From: Eledone cirrhosa
Lineage: Eukaryota
Assembly (NCBI GenBank): GCA_964016885.1
Contig: OZ024752.1
Coordinates: 20,274,001-20,338,000 of the forward strand
Direction: 5' to 3'
Length of the DNA: 64,000 bases
The notes beneath the pieces were generated by a model, which was given only the letters and a program-made list of their open reading frames with translations, did not search any database and had not been told where the DNA came from. Position 1 is the first letter of the stretch. Each line of letters opens with the position of its first letter. A program made the position numbers and the translations under genes. Below are positions 40,795 through 53,600 of this stretch, piece by piece.

Positions 40795-41160
40795 GTGTAG
40801 GCATCTCTAACAAATACACCCCGTCCCACCACCCCCACCCGATCCACACCACCCCGTTCTATGTAAAGTTATGTTGGTGCCGCGCCATCGAGGCCGAAAC
40901 AAATGAGATCGTGTAGGTGTCACGACAAAAAAACACACAGTCCACGCTGTAATGTGGCCGTGTAGGCAACACGGTAAAAACCTCCCAGACCCACACTGTA
41001 AATGTGGTTGGTGTTAGGAAGGGCATCCAACTGTAGAAAACCTGCCAGACAGTCCTATGCGAGCAAGACAATCACTCTTGCCTCAAGTGGGACTACCCCC
41101 GTCCAAACCCATGCAAGCGTGGAACACGGACGTTAAACGCTGATGATGATGATGATGATG
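40795..41160 (+). mobile_element. RTE 3'UTR fragment
   Basis: Near-identical reverse complement of 4910-5245; (GAT)n tail. Confidence 0.9.
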
Positions 41161-41183
41161 TGTAATGTGGTGTAATATAACAT

Positions 41184-41357
41184 AATTGTTTCTACTTTTG
41201 GCACAAGGCCAGCAATTAGCCAGTGAATTACTGGTACTTTATTTTATCGACCCTGTAAGGGTTAGTTAACCTCGGCGGGATTTGAACTCAGAATGGCAAG
41301 GGCCGCAACTCTATGTGTCAAAGCATGGCGTCAGACCCTCTACCGATACTGCCAATA
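41184..41357 (-). mobile_element. tRNA-derived SINE
   Basis: Same family as 9862-10050, with a small internal deletion. Confidence 0.85.
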
Positions 41358-42119
41358 CCCCGTGCGTAATATAACATAATATTGTGTAATGCATCTGTGT
41401 AATATAACATAATATTGTGTAATGTATGTGTGCAATATAACATAATATTATGTAATGTGTGTGTAATATAACAATAGTGTGTACTGTGTGTAATATAACA
41501 TAATATTGTGTAATATGTGTGTAATATGTGTGTGTAATATAACAATATTGTGTAATGTGTGCAATATAACAATATTGTGTAATGTGTGTGTAATATAACA
41601 TAATATTGTGTAATGTGTGTGTGTCTAATATAACATAATATTGTGTAATGTGTGTGTCTAATATAACATAATATTGTGTAATGTGGTGTAATATAACAGT
41701 ATTGTGTAATGTGGTGTAATATAACATAATATTGTATAATGTTGTGTAATATAACATACTATTGTGTAATATAACATAATATTGTGTAATATAACATAAC
41801 ATTGTCTAATGTGGTGTAATATACCATAATAGTGTGTAATGTATGTGTCTAATATAACATACTATTGTGTAATATAACATAATATTGTGTAATGTGAATG
41901 TCTGTGTCTGTGTGTGTATTAAAATTGTAGGTGAATTTTTTTTTATTATTAAAACTATATTCTACCCTATTTTATTATTAATATCAAGAACTAGCAGAAA
42001 AACCGCCCTCGAGTGGTTTTCTGCTAGCATATGTAGTGTGCATATTGGTATTATACGCAAATATATATGCATATAGATATATGTAAATTGAAAAGTAAAT
42101 TGACAATATCTTCTTCACC

Positions 42120-42790
42120 ACTTATTTCTGAGAGGGTCGTGGGGGCAGAGTCCTTCTCAAACACCCCTTCCAGCGAGTTTATCAGTAGCAAACATCTCTA
42201 ACTGATCTAACTGGATCCCAAAGCGTAACCAGCCAAGCTCATGGATGTTATCCAACTATCTTGCTCAGGGTCTACCTCTGGGTCTCTTACCTGTTGGTTT
42301 TGCCTGTAAAATGTGTCCAGCGATTCTTTACTGAGACATTCTAACCACATGCTCATAACATCGGAGTTGTGATCTCTCAATTTGGAGAAGTAGCGGCTCT
42401 ATCAGGAGTGACTCTTTGGCGTCTGAGCTATGCATTTTATCGAGTAACATTACTCCAAAGACTCTTCGGAGGAATTCCATTTCTGCCACTTTTATTTGCA
42501 ATTATATTCTTTTGGTCATTACCCAAGATTCATGATCATCGGTAAGAGTTGGCAGGAATACCAGGAAGACAGCAAGTTTGGCTTTTACACCTACCACCCC
42601 CCTTCTTCTGATTGCTGAGACTGGCGCATTACTGCATCAGCTTTTGCAATTCTTGCACTTAATTCCCCCTCCTGCATTCCATCACACATGAACACGGCTC
42701 CAAGATACTTGAACTTCTCTAACTGCTTCAGTAGAACTCCATTCATATGTATATAAATTTGAGGGACTTCTGTCCACCCGTCCACCACGC
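42120..42790 (-). pseudogene. Degraded RTE-like LINE 3' fragment
   Basis: LKQLEKFKYLGAVF..DG...ELSARIAKA. A homologous fragment lies at ~16905-17155. Confidence 0.7.
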
Positions 42791-42849
42791 AATGTGTTTG
42801 TGTGAATTTATTTGTGTGTAAAAGGAAGGAAAGGGATACACACATATGT

Positions 42850-45800
42850 CTAACTTAAAAACAGTGACACACTGAATCAATAGATGAAATATGAATCTGC
42901 GAGCTACCAAGCACCCACGTGAAGCGCCAACCCAGAGACCCTCCCCTACGAGTGTCGACAAATGCCCAAAACTCCGAGTTGGTACCATCAATGTAGGCTC
43001 AATGAAAGGAAGAGCAGGAGAAATCGTAGAAATGCTAGAGCGAAAGGAAGTTGATGTATGCTGTGTGCAAGAGACTAGATGGAGAGGAGGGTCTGCTAGA
43101 GTCCTTGTAGGAAAAAGCCAGTGCTACAAATTTTTCTGGGTGGGAAATGACGATGGGATAGGTGGTGTAGGTATACTATTAGCTGACAAGTGGGTAGATA
43201 AAGTAATCTCAGTGTACAGGGTAAATGCAAGAATCATTAAACTCAGACTAGTCCTGAATAAGACAATTACCACAATAATATCAGCTTACGCACCCCAATC
43301 GGGGCTGCCAGACGAACTTAAGGATAGGTTTTACGAGTCCCTAATACACACTACTGCTCTAACAGACGACAAGGACTTCCTAATCATTGCAGGAGATTTT
43401 AACGGACACGTAGGTAAACACTGCGACGGCTTCAATAGAGTACATGGAGGCCATGGAGTTGGCACAAGGAATGAGGAAGGATTCAGACTTCTAGAATTCT
43501 GCGACGCCAATGACATGTCGATATGTAACACAAACTTTAAAAAACCCGACAACCACCTGATCACCTATAGATCAGGGGAGCACTCTAGTCAGTTAGATTT
43601 TATCCTCACCAGAGGACGTGACAGATGGACGGTCGTAAACACAAAAGCCTTCCCTAGTGAGGAATGTACATCCCAACATAGCTTAGTTGTCAGCGACCTC
43701 ACGGTCAGAACTAGACGAGCCCTGAAACAGAGGCCAACCTGGAGAAGAAAGATCTGGAAGCTGAAAGTCCCCTCAACCAGTAACAGATTTAAAGATATTT
43801 TACTCAACGTCTACGACAGTAAAGAAGAACAGATAGAGACATTTAACGTAGAAGAGAACTGGGAGTTCCTAAAAAATAACTTACTAGAGGCGACGGATGA
43901 GGTTTGTGGCTGGAGTAAGACCTCAAGCAGGAGGAGAGTGACTTGGTGGTGGAACAATAAGGTAGATGAAGCAGTCAAGGCCAAGAGACAGGCATGGAAA
44001 GAATGGAAGAACGGGGGGAGCAGGGTACATTACATAGAGACCAAGAGGGAAGCTAGGTGACAAGTATACTTAGCTAGGAGGGAAGCAGAGGATAGAAAAT
44101 TCAAGCATGTTTTACAACGTGAGGACCAGAAACAGGAGGTATTCAAGATTGCGAGGCAGTGTGTCAGAGATAGTTGTGATGTCATTGGAGAGAAGTGTAT
44201 CCGGAATGATAAAGGTGAGCTTGCCCTCACAAGTGCTGAGAAGAAAGATGCATGGAAGAGTCATTATGATAGATTACTAAATGAGGAGAATGCATGGGAA
44301 GAAGAGACCCTACCCCACGTAGACCCTATAGAGGGACCGGCAGTACAAGTCAGCGGCAGCGTAGTAAGTAAGGCAATCAGAGATATGAAGATAGGGAAGG
44401 CAACCGGTCCATCGGGTATAGCTGCCGAGATGCTGAAGGCATCTGGGTCTGTAGGTCACACTATAACCACACGTATCGTTAACCAGGTAATACTAGAGGG
44501 GGCCATACCAAAAGATTGGTGCAGTAGCATCATTGTCAACTGCTACAAAGGTAAAGGCGATGCACTAGATAGAGGAAACTATAGAGGTATAAAGTTGATG
44601 GACCAGGTCATGAAAGTAACAGAAAGAGTTATAGCACAGCTGATTAGGGACCGGGTGAATATAGACGAGATGCAATTTGGGTTTGTACCAGGGAAAGGCA
44701 CCACTGATGCCCTCTTCCTTGTGAGGCAATTACAGGAAAAGTACCTAGCTAAAAGTAAGCCACTCTACTTGGCATTTGTCGACCTTGAGAAAGCCTTTGA
44801 CAGAGTTCCACGTGCAGTAATCTGGTGGGCTCTTAGAAAACTAGGAGTAGATGAATGGCTTGTGAAAGCGGTACAAGCCATGTATAGGGGAGCAGTCAGC
44901 AAAGTTAGGATTGGCAATGAGTATAGCGAGGAATTTAGCGTACAGGTTGGGGTCCACCAGGGCTCTGTTCTTAGCCCTCTCCTGTTCATCATAGTCCTGC
45001 AGGCAATAACGGAGGAGTTTAAGACCGGATGCCCATGGGAACTCCTGTATGCTGATGACCTCGCACTCATAGCTGAATCTATGGTAGAACTAGAGAATAA
45101 ATTCCAAACCTGGAAGCAGGGACTAGAGAGAAAGGGCCTCAAAGTCAACATGACAAAGACTAAGGTCTTTATAAGTAGACGAGAAAACAGAACCCAGATC
45201 CCCTCAGGGAAATGGCCTTGCTCAGTATGTAGGAAAGGTGTAGGTAGGAACTCCATTCTCTGCCCCAAATGCAAACAATGGGTACACAAGAGATGTAGCG
45301 GGATCTCAGGAAGCTTAATTAAGAATGTAGGATTCACATGCAGCAGCTGTGCTGAAACAGCAAGCAAACAGCCACAGGAAACAAGTACCACCAATCTCTG
45401 GGAGGGCCCTGTAGAAACAGTAGACAGCTTCTGCTACCTAGGTGACCGAATTAGCAACGGAGGTGGGTGCTCAGAAAGTACAATAACTAGGGTAAGAACG
45501 GGATGGAAGAAGTTTAGGGAACTACTACCACTGCTAGCTGCAAAAGGCTTCTCCCTCAGAATGAAAGGCAGACTGTATGATGCGTGTATCCGAACAGCGA
45601 TGTTGCATGGTAGTGAGACCTGGGCGCTGAAGGTGGAAGACTTACGTAGATTAGAGAGAAACGAAGCCTGCATGCTCCGATGGATGTGTAACAGTAATAT
45701 ACGTGAACGACAAAGCATAAAGTAATTGAGAGAGAGACTGAGCATAAGAGGAATCAAATGCTGCGTGCAGGAGAGGCGGTTACGCTGGTATGGACATGTG

Positions 45801-46320
45801 ATGCGTATGAAGGATGACAGCTGCATAAAAAGGTGCAGAGCACTAGAAGTTGATGGAAACCGCGGAGTGGGGAGACCCAAGATGACTTGGGATGAGGTGA
45901 TAAAAGCCGACCTTACCCAACTACACCTCTCAAAGTCAATGACACACGACCGTGACTTCTGGCGTCACGCAGTAATACAGGGTACCCGACCTCCCATGGG
46001 TACATGCTGAAGCATATAAACAATATGCCCCCCCCCCCCCCCCCACCGCAAGGTGGTCGTGGAGGTGCCACGGCAAAAAAGCACCCAGCCCACACTGTAA
46101 AGTGGACGTGTAGGCGCCACGAAAAAGCACCCAGCACTCACTGTAAATGAGGTTGGTGTTAGGAAGGGCATCCAGCTGTAGAAATCAAGCCAGATCAGTT
46201 CCTGTATGAGCAAGGCATGGTCAGCCGACCAGACACTGCCCACAACAGGACAACCCGTCTAACCCATGCTAGCGTGGAAGAACGGACGTAAAACGGTGAT
46301 GATGATGATGATGATGATGA
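42850..46320 (+). mobile_element. Near full-length RTE-clade LINE
   Basis: Single long frame plus a 3'UTR with gttggtgttaggaagggcatccagctgtag and a (GAT)n tail. The 5' boundary is approximate. Confidence 0.93.
42891..46010 (+). pseudogene. RTE ORF (APE + RT + Cys-rich insert) with two in-frame stops
   Basis: The three track ORFs are in one frame, with stops at 44058 (TGA) and 45723 (TAA). Motifs VGTINVG, VQETRW, GDFNGHVG, FVDLEKAFD, GVHQGSVLSPLLF, YADD, CSVC...C..C..WVHKRC. Confidence 0.92.
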
Positions 46321-46394
46321 CACACACACACGTGTCTCTAATTTAAGAATGCCGACAAACTCACGCGCGCACACATACACACGCTGTCCTATTA

Positions 46395-46960
46395 CCACTT
46401 AAGAGCTTTGGCCCGGGCAAACAACCCCTCAATTTTGGAACCATCTGGGTTGTCCTGAACTGATGGGAAACGACTTGACGGTCTTACTCTGTCAAGAGGC
46501 AGATGCCTTACCTGGGCTGTCACAGTTAGTGACTCTTTTGCTTCTTCCCACATCCTGGATGCAGAGGTAAGGGTGAGAGCTACAGCATCCGCAGCCGAAC
46601 GGAACAAAATCCTAAAATACCGTGTTCTCTGTCAGCTAACTACACTATTCAGCCTGTGGCGTTCGAACGTTTGGGGGAGTCGGGCTACTGACAGCCAGGT
46701 TCTTATCTTCACTGGTGGCTCGCCAAACAGAGGTAACTGGTGATGTTCATGAGGGCACTTGGTTGTTCCAGTACCTCAGCGTCGCCATCACCCCAAGTAA
46801 CGCTGCGAGCATGCTGGCCTGCCTCAAACATTATTAGAGAGGTTTCCCAGTGCTCCTCGTTATATTGCTATCTTTTGTCTGGTAGCGGCTCGTTTTTCCA
46901 CTCTTTCGCTCGCATTTTGTTCTATGTGGTCTAAGATCTGTGTATTACGTGCTGTATTTT
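46395..46960 (+). pseudogene. Degraded CRE-like LINE 3' end (restriction-like endonuclease)
   Basis: Across frameshifts: LEPSGLS*TDGKRLDGLTL...GRCLTWAVTVSDSFASSH...AAERNKILKY...IQPVAFE, matching the DGKRPDG...WDVT...AE..K..KY...P.A.E pattern. Confidence 0.75.
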
Positions 46961-47008
46961 TTCTCTTTCTTTTTTTCCTTTCCATTTCCTATGTGTATAT
47001 TATATTGA

Positions 47009-47189
47009 ATTGACAGTATTGGTAGAGGGTCGGACGCCATGCTTTCCAGCATAGTTACGTCCCTTTTCGGTCTGAGTTCAAATCCCACCGAGGTTAACTT
47101 TGCCTTTCATCTTTACGGGGTCGATAAAATAAGGTACCAGTAATAAACTGCGATAATTGCTGGCCTTGTGTCAAAAGTAGAAACAATTA
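47009..47189 (+). mobile_element. tRNA-derived SINE
   Basis: Same family as 15614-15803. Confidence 0.85.
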
Positions 47190-48019
47190 CATTTGTTAGT
47201 GTTTTCGTTCTGTAACCATTATATTAAATGAGTTTTTAAAAAAAAGAATTAATAAATAAATAAAGAGTTAATGAATATATAAAACATACTTGTATTACCC
47301 TCCCATCTCCAATTAAACCGAACGCTATCATGACTATGTGTGTGTTTGTGTAAATGTATGTGTGAATGTGTGAATGTTTTTGTGTGAAAGTATGTGTATT
47401 TATCTGAATGTATGTCTGTGAGGGTGTATTTTTATAAGTTTGTGTTTGCGCGATTATAGTTATATACTCATACATACAGATGTATGTATGTGCATACTCA
47501 TATGCGCCAGCGTGTAGAAAATCATAATCACTCTATCTCTCTCATCACACACTCTCTCTTTCTATATATATGGTAGTTGAAGAGGTGAAATGTGAATGAA
47601 ACTTTGAAAAGAAGTCAATTTTAAATTATTAATGTTTATGAAATTTAGTTACGAAATTTAGTACATAAATTATGTAATATTCATTCATTATTTATCCAAA
47701 GTAATCCAACTTATTTTACTAACTGGATTAAAAGAAATAAACCATATGCAGTCCCGCAGTCCTTACTTTATTATAGTTTAGATGATCATAACATGACACC
47801 ATAATATTACCAATATATATATTCAAGTATGCAAAAAAAAAAGAAAAAGAAGAGAAAATATGACTCAATGGCAAGCCATAATGGCACAAACAGCAAGTTG
47901 GTCATAATGCCCCCACACTTGACCTACTTGACCAGCTAGAAATCGCAGCAATATATTTCTCTCAAATCATACCCCAACATCTTAAGGAAAAGTAACAACA
48001 GATATATATACAAAAATAT

Positions 48020-49420
48020 GAGCTGGCTGTAGTTGAAATGATTTCAGTCATAGATCTGCTCAGCTAGAGTTAATCTGGGGCTAGACAACAACAACAACCA
48101 AGACCCAACATTCATTACTCTGGTAGGATAAGCTACCTTAACTAGACAGAATCTAAGACAACTGGAGAAGCAAGGTATGGAACCTAAAAGATCCTTCCAC
48201 CATACATAACTTCCAAGAAATAGTGTGATACCTATGATCAGTGGAAGGAGAAAATGGCCCACAATGGCTTAGAGAACAACTGAATCTTCCTGCGAAACAA
48301 TCTACTGCAAGACACAGACTAGATTTGTGAGTGGAGCAAGATTCCAGTACTAGAGAGGCAAGGGGTTACGTGAAGATAGAACAGAAAGTTAGGTAGAGCT
48401 TAAAAAACTGAAAGACAAGCCTAGAAACAATAGAGAGAAAAGGGAAAGCAAGGAACACAATTAGATAATTAAACCAGTAGTCTTTGTTGGGCAGACCAAA
48501 GTCAGATAAGTTGATCAAAAATAAAGTTGAAAATAAGAAGTTTACAGATGTTCTATAGTGTCAGGATTGGAAGTATGAGAGGTTCCAGACCTCAAGGTAA
48601 TGTATGAAGGTCAATTAGAATGTCGGTGACACTGTACAGAATGACAGCAAAACACTCACCTTCACTGGTGCTGAGAAAAAAGGGCACTGAAATGGTTCTA
48701 CAAGTGGTTGTTGAATGAGGAGAATGTATGGAAAAAAGAGGAGTCATGGCAAGTGGATCCAATAAATATACCAACTATTCTCGTAGAATACTAGGTTGTA
48801 TTAACCCTTTAGCATTTAAACCGGTCGTATCCAACCAGAATTCTCTCACTTCTTTCTGTTCAAACTGGTCGTAACCAGCCACTCTTACCGACTTTAAGGC
48901 ATTGTTCTCAAAATAAATAATATCAAAACCTAGATTTGTTATTACGTGAAATAATTATGTGAGATAAAGCATTTACCATGAAAATATAATAGTAAATATA
49001 TAGAGTAATGTAAATGCTAACAGGTTAAGGGCCATTAATGATATGAAGGCAGGGAAAGCAGCTAAACTATATAGAGCAGTCAATAATACTATGGAAATAT
49101 CTGTGAAAGTATAACATAGGTTAGTTAGCGGCATAGTCTATGAGGAAGCTATCACCATGGGGCAGCAGAGGCATCATGAACTACTAAAGTGGTGCAGCCA
49201 GTCATGAAAGTAGCAGAGATAATTATAACAAAGATAATCTGAAAGAGCATTAACTTAGATGAGATGTAGTTTGAGTTAGTGCCTGGATGGGGAACCAAAT
49301 TATATCCTCATCTTAGTGAGCAAACTACAAAAGAAGTTCTCAGTCCAAACAAACCATTATGATTAGCATGTTTTGATATGGAATAGGTCTTTGACAAGAT
49401 TACACACACTACAGTGCATT
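48020..49420 (+). pseudogene. Highly degraded RTE LINE remnant (split by the MITE)
   Basis: Patchy similarity to 43250-44820, e.g. ggtgctgagaaaaaag, gttgaatgaggagaatgtatgg, gatatgaaggcagggaaagca, gatgagatgtagttt. Confidence 0.55.
48801..49028. mobile_element. piggyBac-like MITE (~220 bp)
   Basis: TTAA at both ends; TIRs ccctttagcattta / taaatgctaacagg. Confidence 0.8.
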
Positions 49421-50600
49421 TTATTGTGACACAAGCATGAAGATTAGAACTTCCTAATTTCCGCCACTTACCCACCCTAAATACATACTCTGGAGAGAGG
49501 AGGTAACTATATTAATTCATTAGTCATACTATTCTGATTAGAGTGATGTATACAACAAAGCAACCAAGAAGATCCCAGACCTCATTTGCTTAGCAAGTAG
49601 GGGGAAACTCATCAAATTGGACCAAGGAAACAATGTTTTCATTGGTCTTTCTATTGCTGAAACTATCTATTGGTCATAACTTCTAGCAGAAAGAGTAACG
49701 TGAAATAAAGTGTCTTGCTCAAGGATATAATGCATCGCCCAGTCGGGACGAATTCAATCCTCTAACTACTAAGCTACAAGGAGTCTCAATATAGTGGAGG
49801 GGAAGAGGCAGGCAAGTTTTGTTATTGATAAGAGATGAAGGACAAAGGAAATATAGGTATATATCAATAAACAATCAGATTGCTGAGACAAGGTTATGAA
49901 ATAAATAGCTTATCATGCTGAGCTGAGACATAAAGGTGAACAAATTCCAGAACCAGTGGTAAAGATATTATATCATATATCCGCAGGTGCGAGCCCTGCA
50001 AGGTGGAGTAAATGTTTCAGCACATCTCCCTTACTGCCTCGGGGAAATGCATTCTCCATCCTGTCGGCCGGGACCCGGAGAGAAAGTTAGTTGGTGGAGG
50101 AGGATACTTGTTCAGACGTCACTTCTACAACTAAAGTACATATATACAACAGTACAGACAGATTATTAAAGTAATTAACTCTAAACACTATAAGAAAGAC
50201 ACATATAGCTGACAAGTGTGCACCATGTCTTATTTATGTATCTATCTATTCCCCACCTATAATATGTTGCTAAATAAGTCACCAGAACCTTTTCTAATTT
50301 CTATTTAACTCTTTCATTACCATATTTATAATGAAAGCCACTGTCTATGATTTGAAAATAGTTTTGAAAATGATCAGGAATTTCTCATCCTTAAGCTGGT
50401 GTTTGGAACATAACTTAACAAAGGTTCATAAAATCATAATGGAAGTTTTTTTAGAGCTTAGCACACCCTGTAAGGTGGTGATACAATAAAAGCCCCTAGT
50501 CTACCATGTAAGGTGTTCATATTGGTGCCATGACAAAAGAGTACCTAGTCACCCCCCACTGTTGTAAAGTAACATGGCAAAAGAGTACCTAGCCTTCACA

Positions 50601-53600
50601 ACAAAAGCACCCAGTCCACACTGAAAAGTGGTCATTTTGGACCCATGACAAAAGCACCCAGTCCACACTGTAAAGTGGTCATTTTGGACCCATGACAAAA
50701 GCACCCAGTCCACACTGTAAAGTGGTCATTTTGGACCCATGACAAAAGCACCCAGTCCACACTGTAAAGTGGTCATTTTGGACCCATGACAAAAGCACCC
50801 AGTCCACACTGTAAAGTGGTCATTTTGGACCCATGACAAAAGCACCCAGTCCACACTGTAAAGTGGTCATTTTGGACCCATGACAAAAGCACCCAGTCCA
50901 CACTGTAAAATGGTCATTTTGGACCCATGACAAAAGTGCCCAGTCCACACTGTAAAGTGGTCATTTTGGACCCATGACAAAAGTGCCCAGTCCACACTGT
51001 AAAGTGGTCATTTTGGACCCATGACAAAAGTGCCCAGTCCACACTGTAAAGTGGTCATTTTGGACCCATGACAAAAGCACCCAGTCCACACTGTAAAGTG
51101 GTCATTTTGGACCCATGACAAAAGTGCCCAGTCCACACTGTAAAGTGGTCATTTTGGACCCATGACAAAAGTGCCCAGTCCACACTGTAAAGTGGTCATT
51201 TTGGACCCATGACAAAAGTGCCCAGTCCACAGTGTAAAATGGTCATTTTGGACCCATGACAAAAGTGCCCAGTCCACAGTGTAAAGTGGTCATTTTGGAC
51301 CCATGACAAAAGTGCCCAGTCCACAATGTAAAGTGGTCATTTTGGACCCATGACAAAAGTGCCCAGTCCACAGTGTAAAGTGGTCATTTTGGACCCATGA
51401 CAAAAGTGCCCAGTCCACACTGTAAAGTGGTCATTTTGGACCCATGACAAAAGTGCCCAGTCCACAGTGTAAAGTGGTCATTTTGGACCCATGACAAAAG
51501 TGCCCAGTCCACAGTGTAAAGTGGTCATTTTGGACCCATGACAAAAGTGCCCAGTCCACACTGTAAAGTGGTCATTTTGGACCCATGACAAAAGTGCCCA
51601 GTCCACAGTGTAAAGTGGTCATTTTGGACCCATGACAAAAGTGCCCAGTCCACAGTGTAAAGTGGTCATTTTGGACCCATGACAAAAGTGCCCAGTCCAC
51701 AGTGTAAAGTGGTCATTTTGGACCCATGACAAAAGTGCCCAGTCCACACTATAAAGTGGTCATTTTGGACCCATGACAAAAGTGCCCAGTCCACACTGTA
51801 AAGTGGTCATTTTGGACCCATGACAAAAGTGCCCAGTCCAGTGTAAAGTGGTCATTTTGGACCCATGACAAAAGTGCCCAGTCCACAGTGTAAAGTGGTC
51901 ATTTTGGACCCATGACAAAAGTGCCCAGTCCACAGTGTAAAGTGGTCATTTTGGACCCATGACAAAAGTGCCCAGTCCACACTGTAAAGTGGTCATTTTG
52001 GACCCATGACAAAAGCACCCAGTCCACACTGTAAAGTGGTCATTTTGGACCCATGACAAAAGTGCCCAGTCCACAGTGTAAAGTGGTCATTTTGGACCCA
52101 TGACAAAAGTGCCCAGTCCACAGTGTAAAGTGGTCATTTTGGACCCATGACAAAAGTGCCCAGTCCACAGTGTAAAGTGGTCATTTTGGACCCATGACAA
52201 AAGTGCCCAGTCCACACTGTAAAGTGGTCATTTTGGACCCATGACAAAAGTGCCCAGTCCACACTGTAAAGTCATTTTGGACCCATGACAAAAGCACCCA
52301 GTCCACACTGTAAAGTGGTCATTTTGGACCCATGACAAAAGTGCCCAGTCCACAGTGTAAAGTGGTCATTTTGGACCCATGACAAAAGTGCCCAGTCCAC
52401 ACTGTAAAGTGGTCATTTTGGACCCATGACAAAAGTGCCCAGTCCACACTGTAAAGTGGTCATTTTGGACCCATGACAAAAGCACCCAGTCCACACTGTA
52501 AAGTGGTCATTTTGGACCCATGACAAAAGTGCCCAGTCCACAGTGTAAAGTGGTCATTTTGGACCCATGACAAAAGTGCCCAGTCCACAGTGTAAAGTGG
52601 TCATTTTGGACCCATGACAAAAGTGCCCAGTCCACAGTGTAAAGTGGTCATTTTGGACCCATGACAAAAGTGCCCAGTCCACAGTGTAAAGTGGTCATTT
52701 TGGACCCATGACAAAAGCACCCAGTCCACACTGTAAAGTGGTCATTTTGGACCCATGACAAAAGTGCCCAGTCCACACTGTAAAGTGGTCATTTTGGACC
52801 CATGACAAAAGTGCCCAGTCCACACTGTAAAGTGGTCATTTTGGACCCATGACAAAAGTGCCCAGTCCACACTGTAAAGTGGTCATTTTGGACCCATGAC
52901 AAAAGTGCCCAGTCCACAGTGTAAAGTGGTCATTTTGGACCCATGACAAAAGCACCCAGTCCACAGTGTAAAGTGGTCATTTTGGACCCATGACAAAAGT
53001 GCCCAGTCCACACTGTAAAGTGGTCATTTTGGACCCATGACAAAAGCACCCAGTCCACACTGTAAAGTGGTCATTTTGGACCCATGACAAAAGTGCCCAG
53101 TCCACAGTGTAAAGTGGTCATTTTGGACCCATGACAAAAGTGCCCAGTCCACAGTGTAAAGTGGTCATTTTGGACCCATGACAAAAGTGCCCAGTCCACA
53201 GTGTAAAGTGGTCATTTTGGACCCATGACAAAAGTGCCCAGTCCACACTGTAAAGTGGTCATTTTGGACCCATGACAAAAGTGCCCAGTCCACACTGTAA
53301 AGTCATTTTGGACCCATGACAAAAGCACCCAGTCCACACTGTAAAGTGGTCATTTTGGACCCATGACAAAAGTGCCCAGTCCACAGTGTAAAGTGGTCAT
53401 TTTGGACCCATGACAAAAGTGCCCAGTCCACACTGTAAAGTGGTCATTTTGGACCCATGACAAAAGTGCCCAGTCCACACTGTAAAGTGGTCATTTTGGA
53501 CCCATGACAAAAGCACCCAGTCCACACTGTAAAGTGGTCATTTTGGACCCATGACAAAAGTGCCCAGTCCACAGTGTAAAGTGGTCATTTTGGACCCATG

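Larger units (their letters stand above)
39634..41895. repeat. Diverged right edge of the satellite (unit shifts to tgtgtaatgtggtgtaatataacataatat), interrupted by TEs
   Basis: Keeps the gtaatataacataata core; the other half of the unit differs from about 40040 onward. Confidence 0.9.

Noticed and set aside
17891-41802. ORFs of up to 2138 aa on the minus strand
   Set aside because: The satellite's minus strand has almost no stops in any frame, and 2-bp unit indels shuffle frames freely, so there is no coding constraint.
47290-47335. Possible small exon ending in a gtatgt donor (minus strand)
   Set aside because: Weak acceptor, no domain similarity, and not needed for the in-frame signal peptide-CUB join.
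49980-50150. GC-richer patch as a candidate exon
   Set aside because: Stops in all frames after the candidate acceptor; no recognisable motif.
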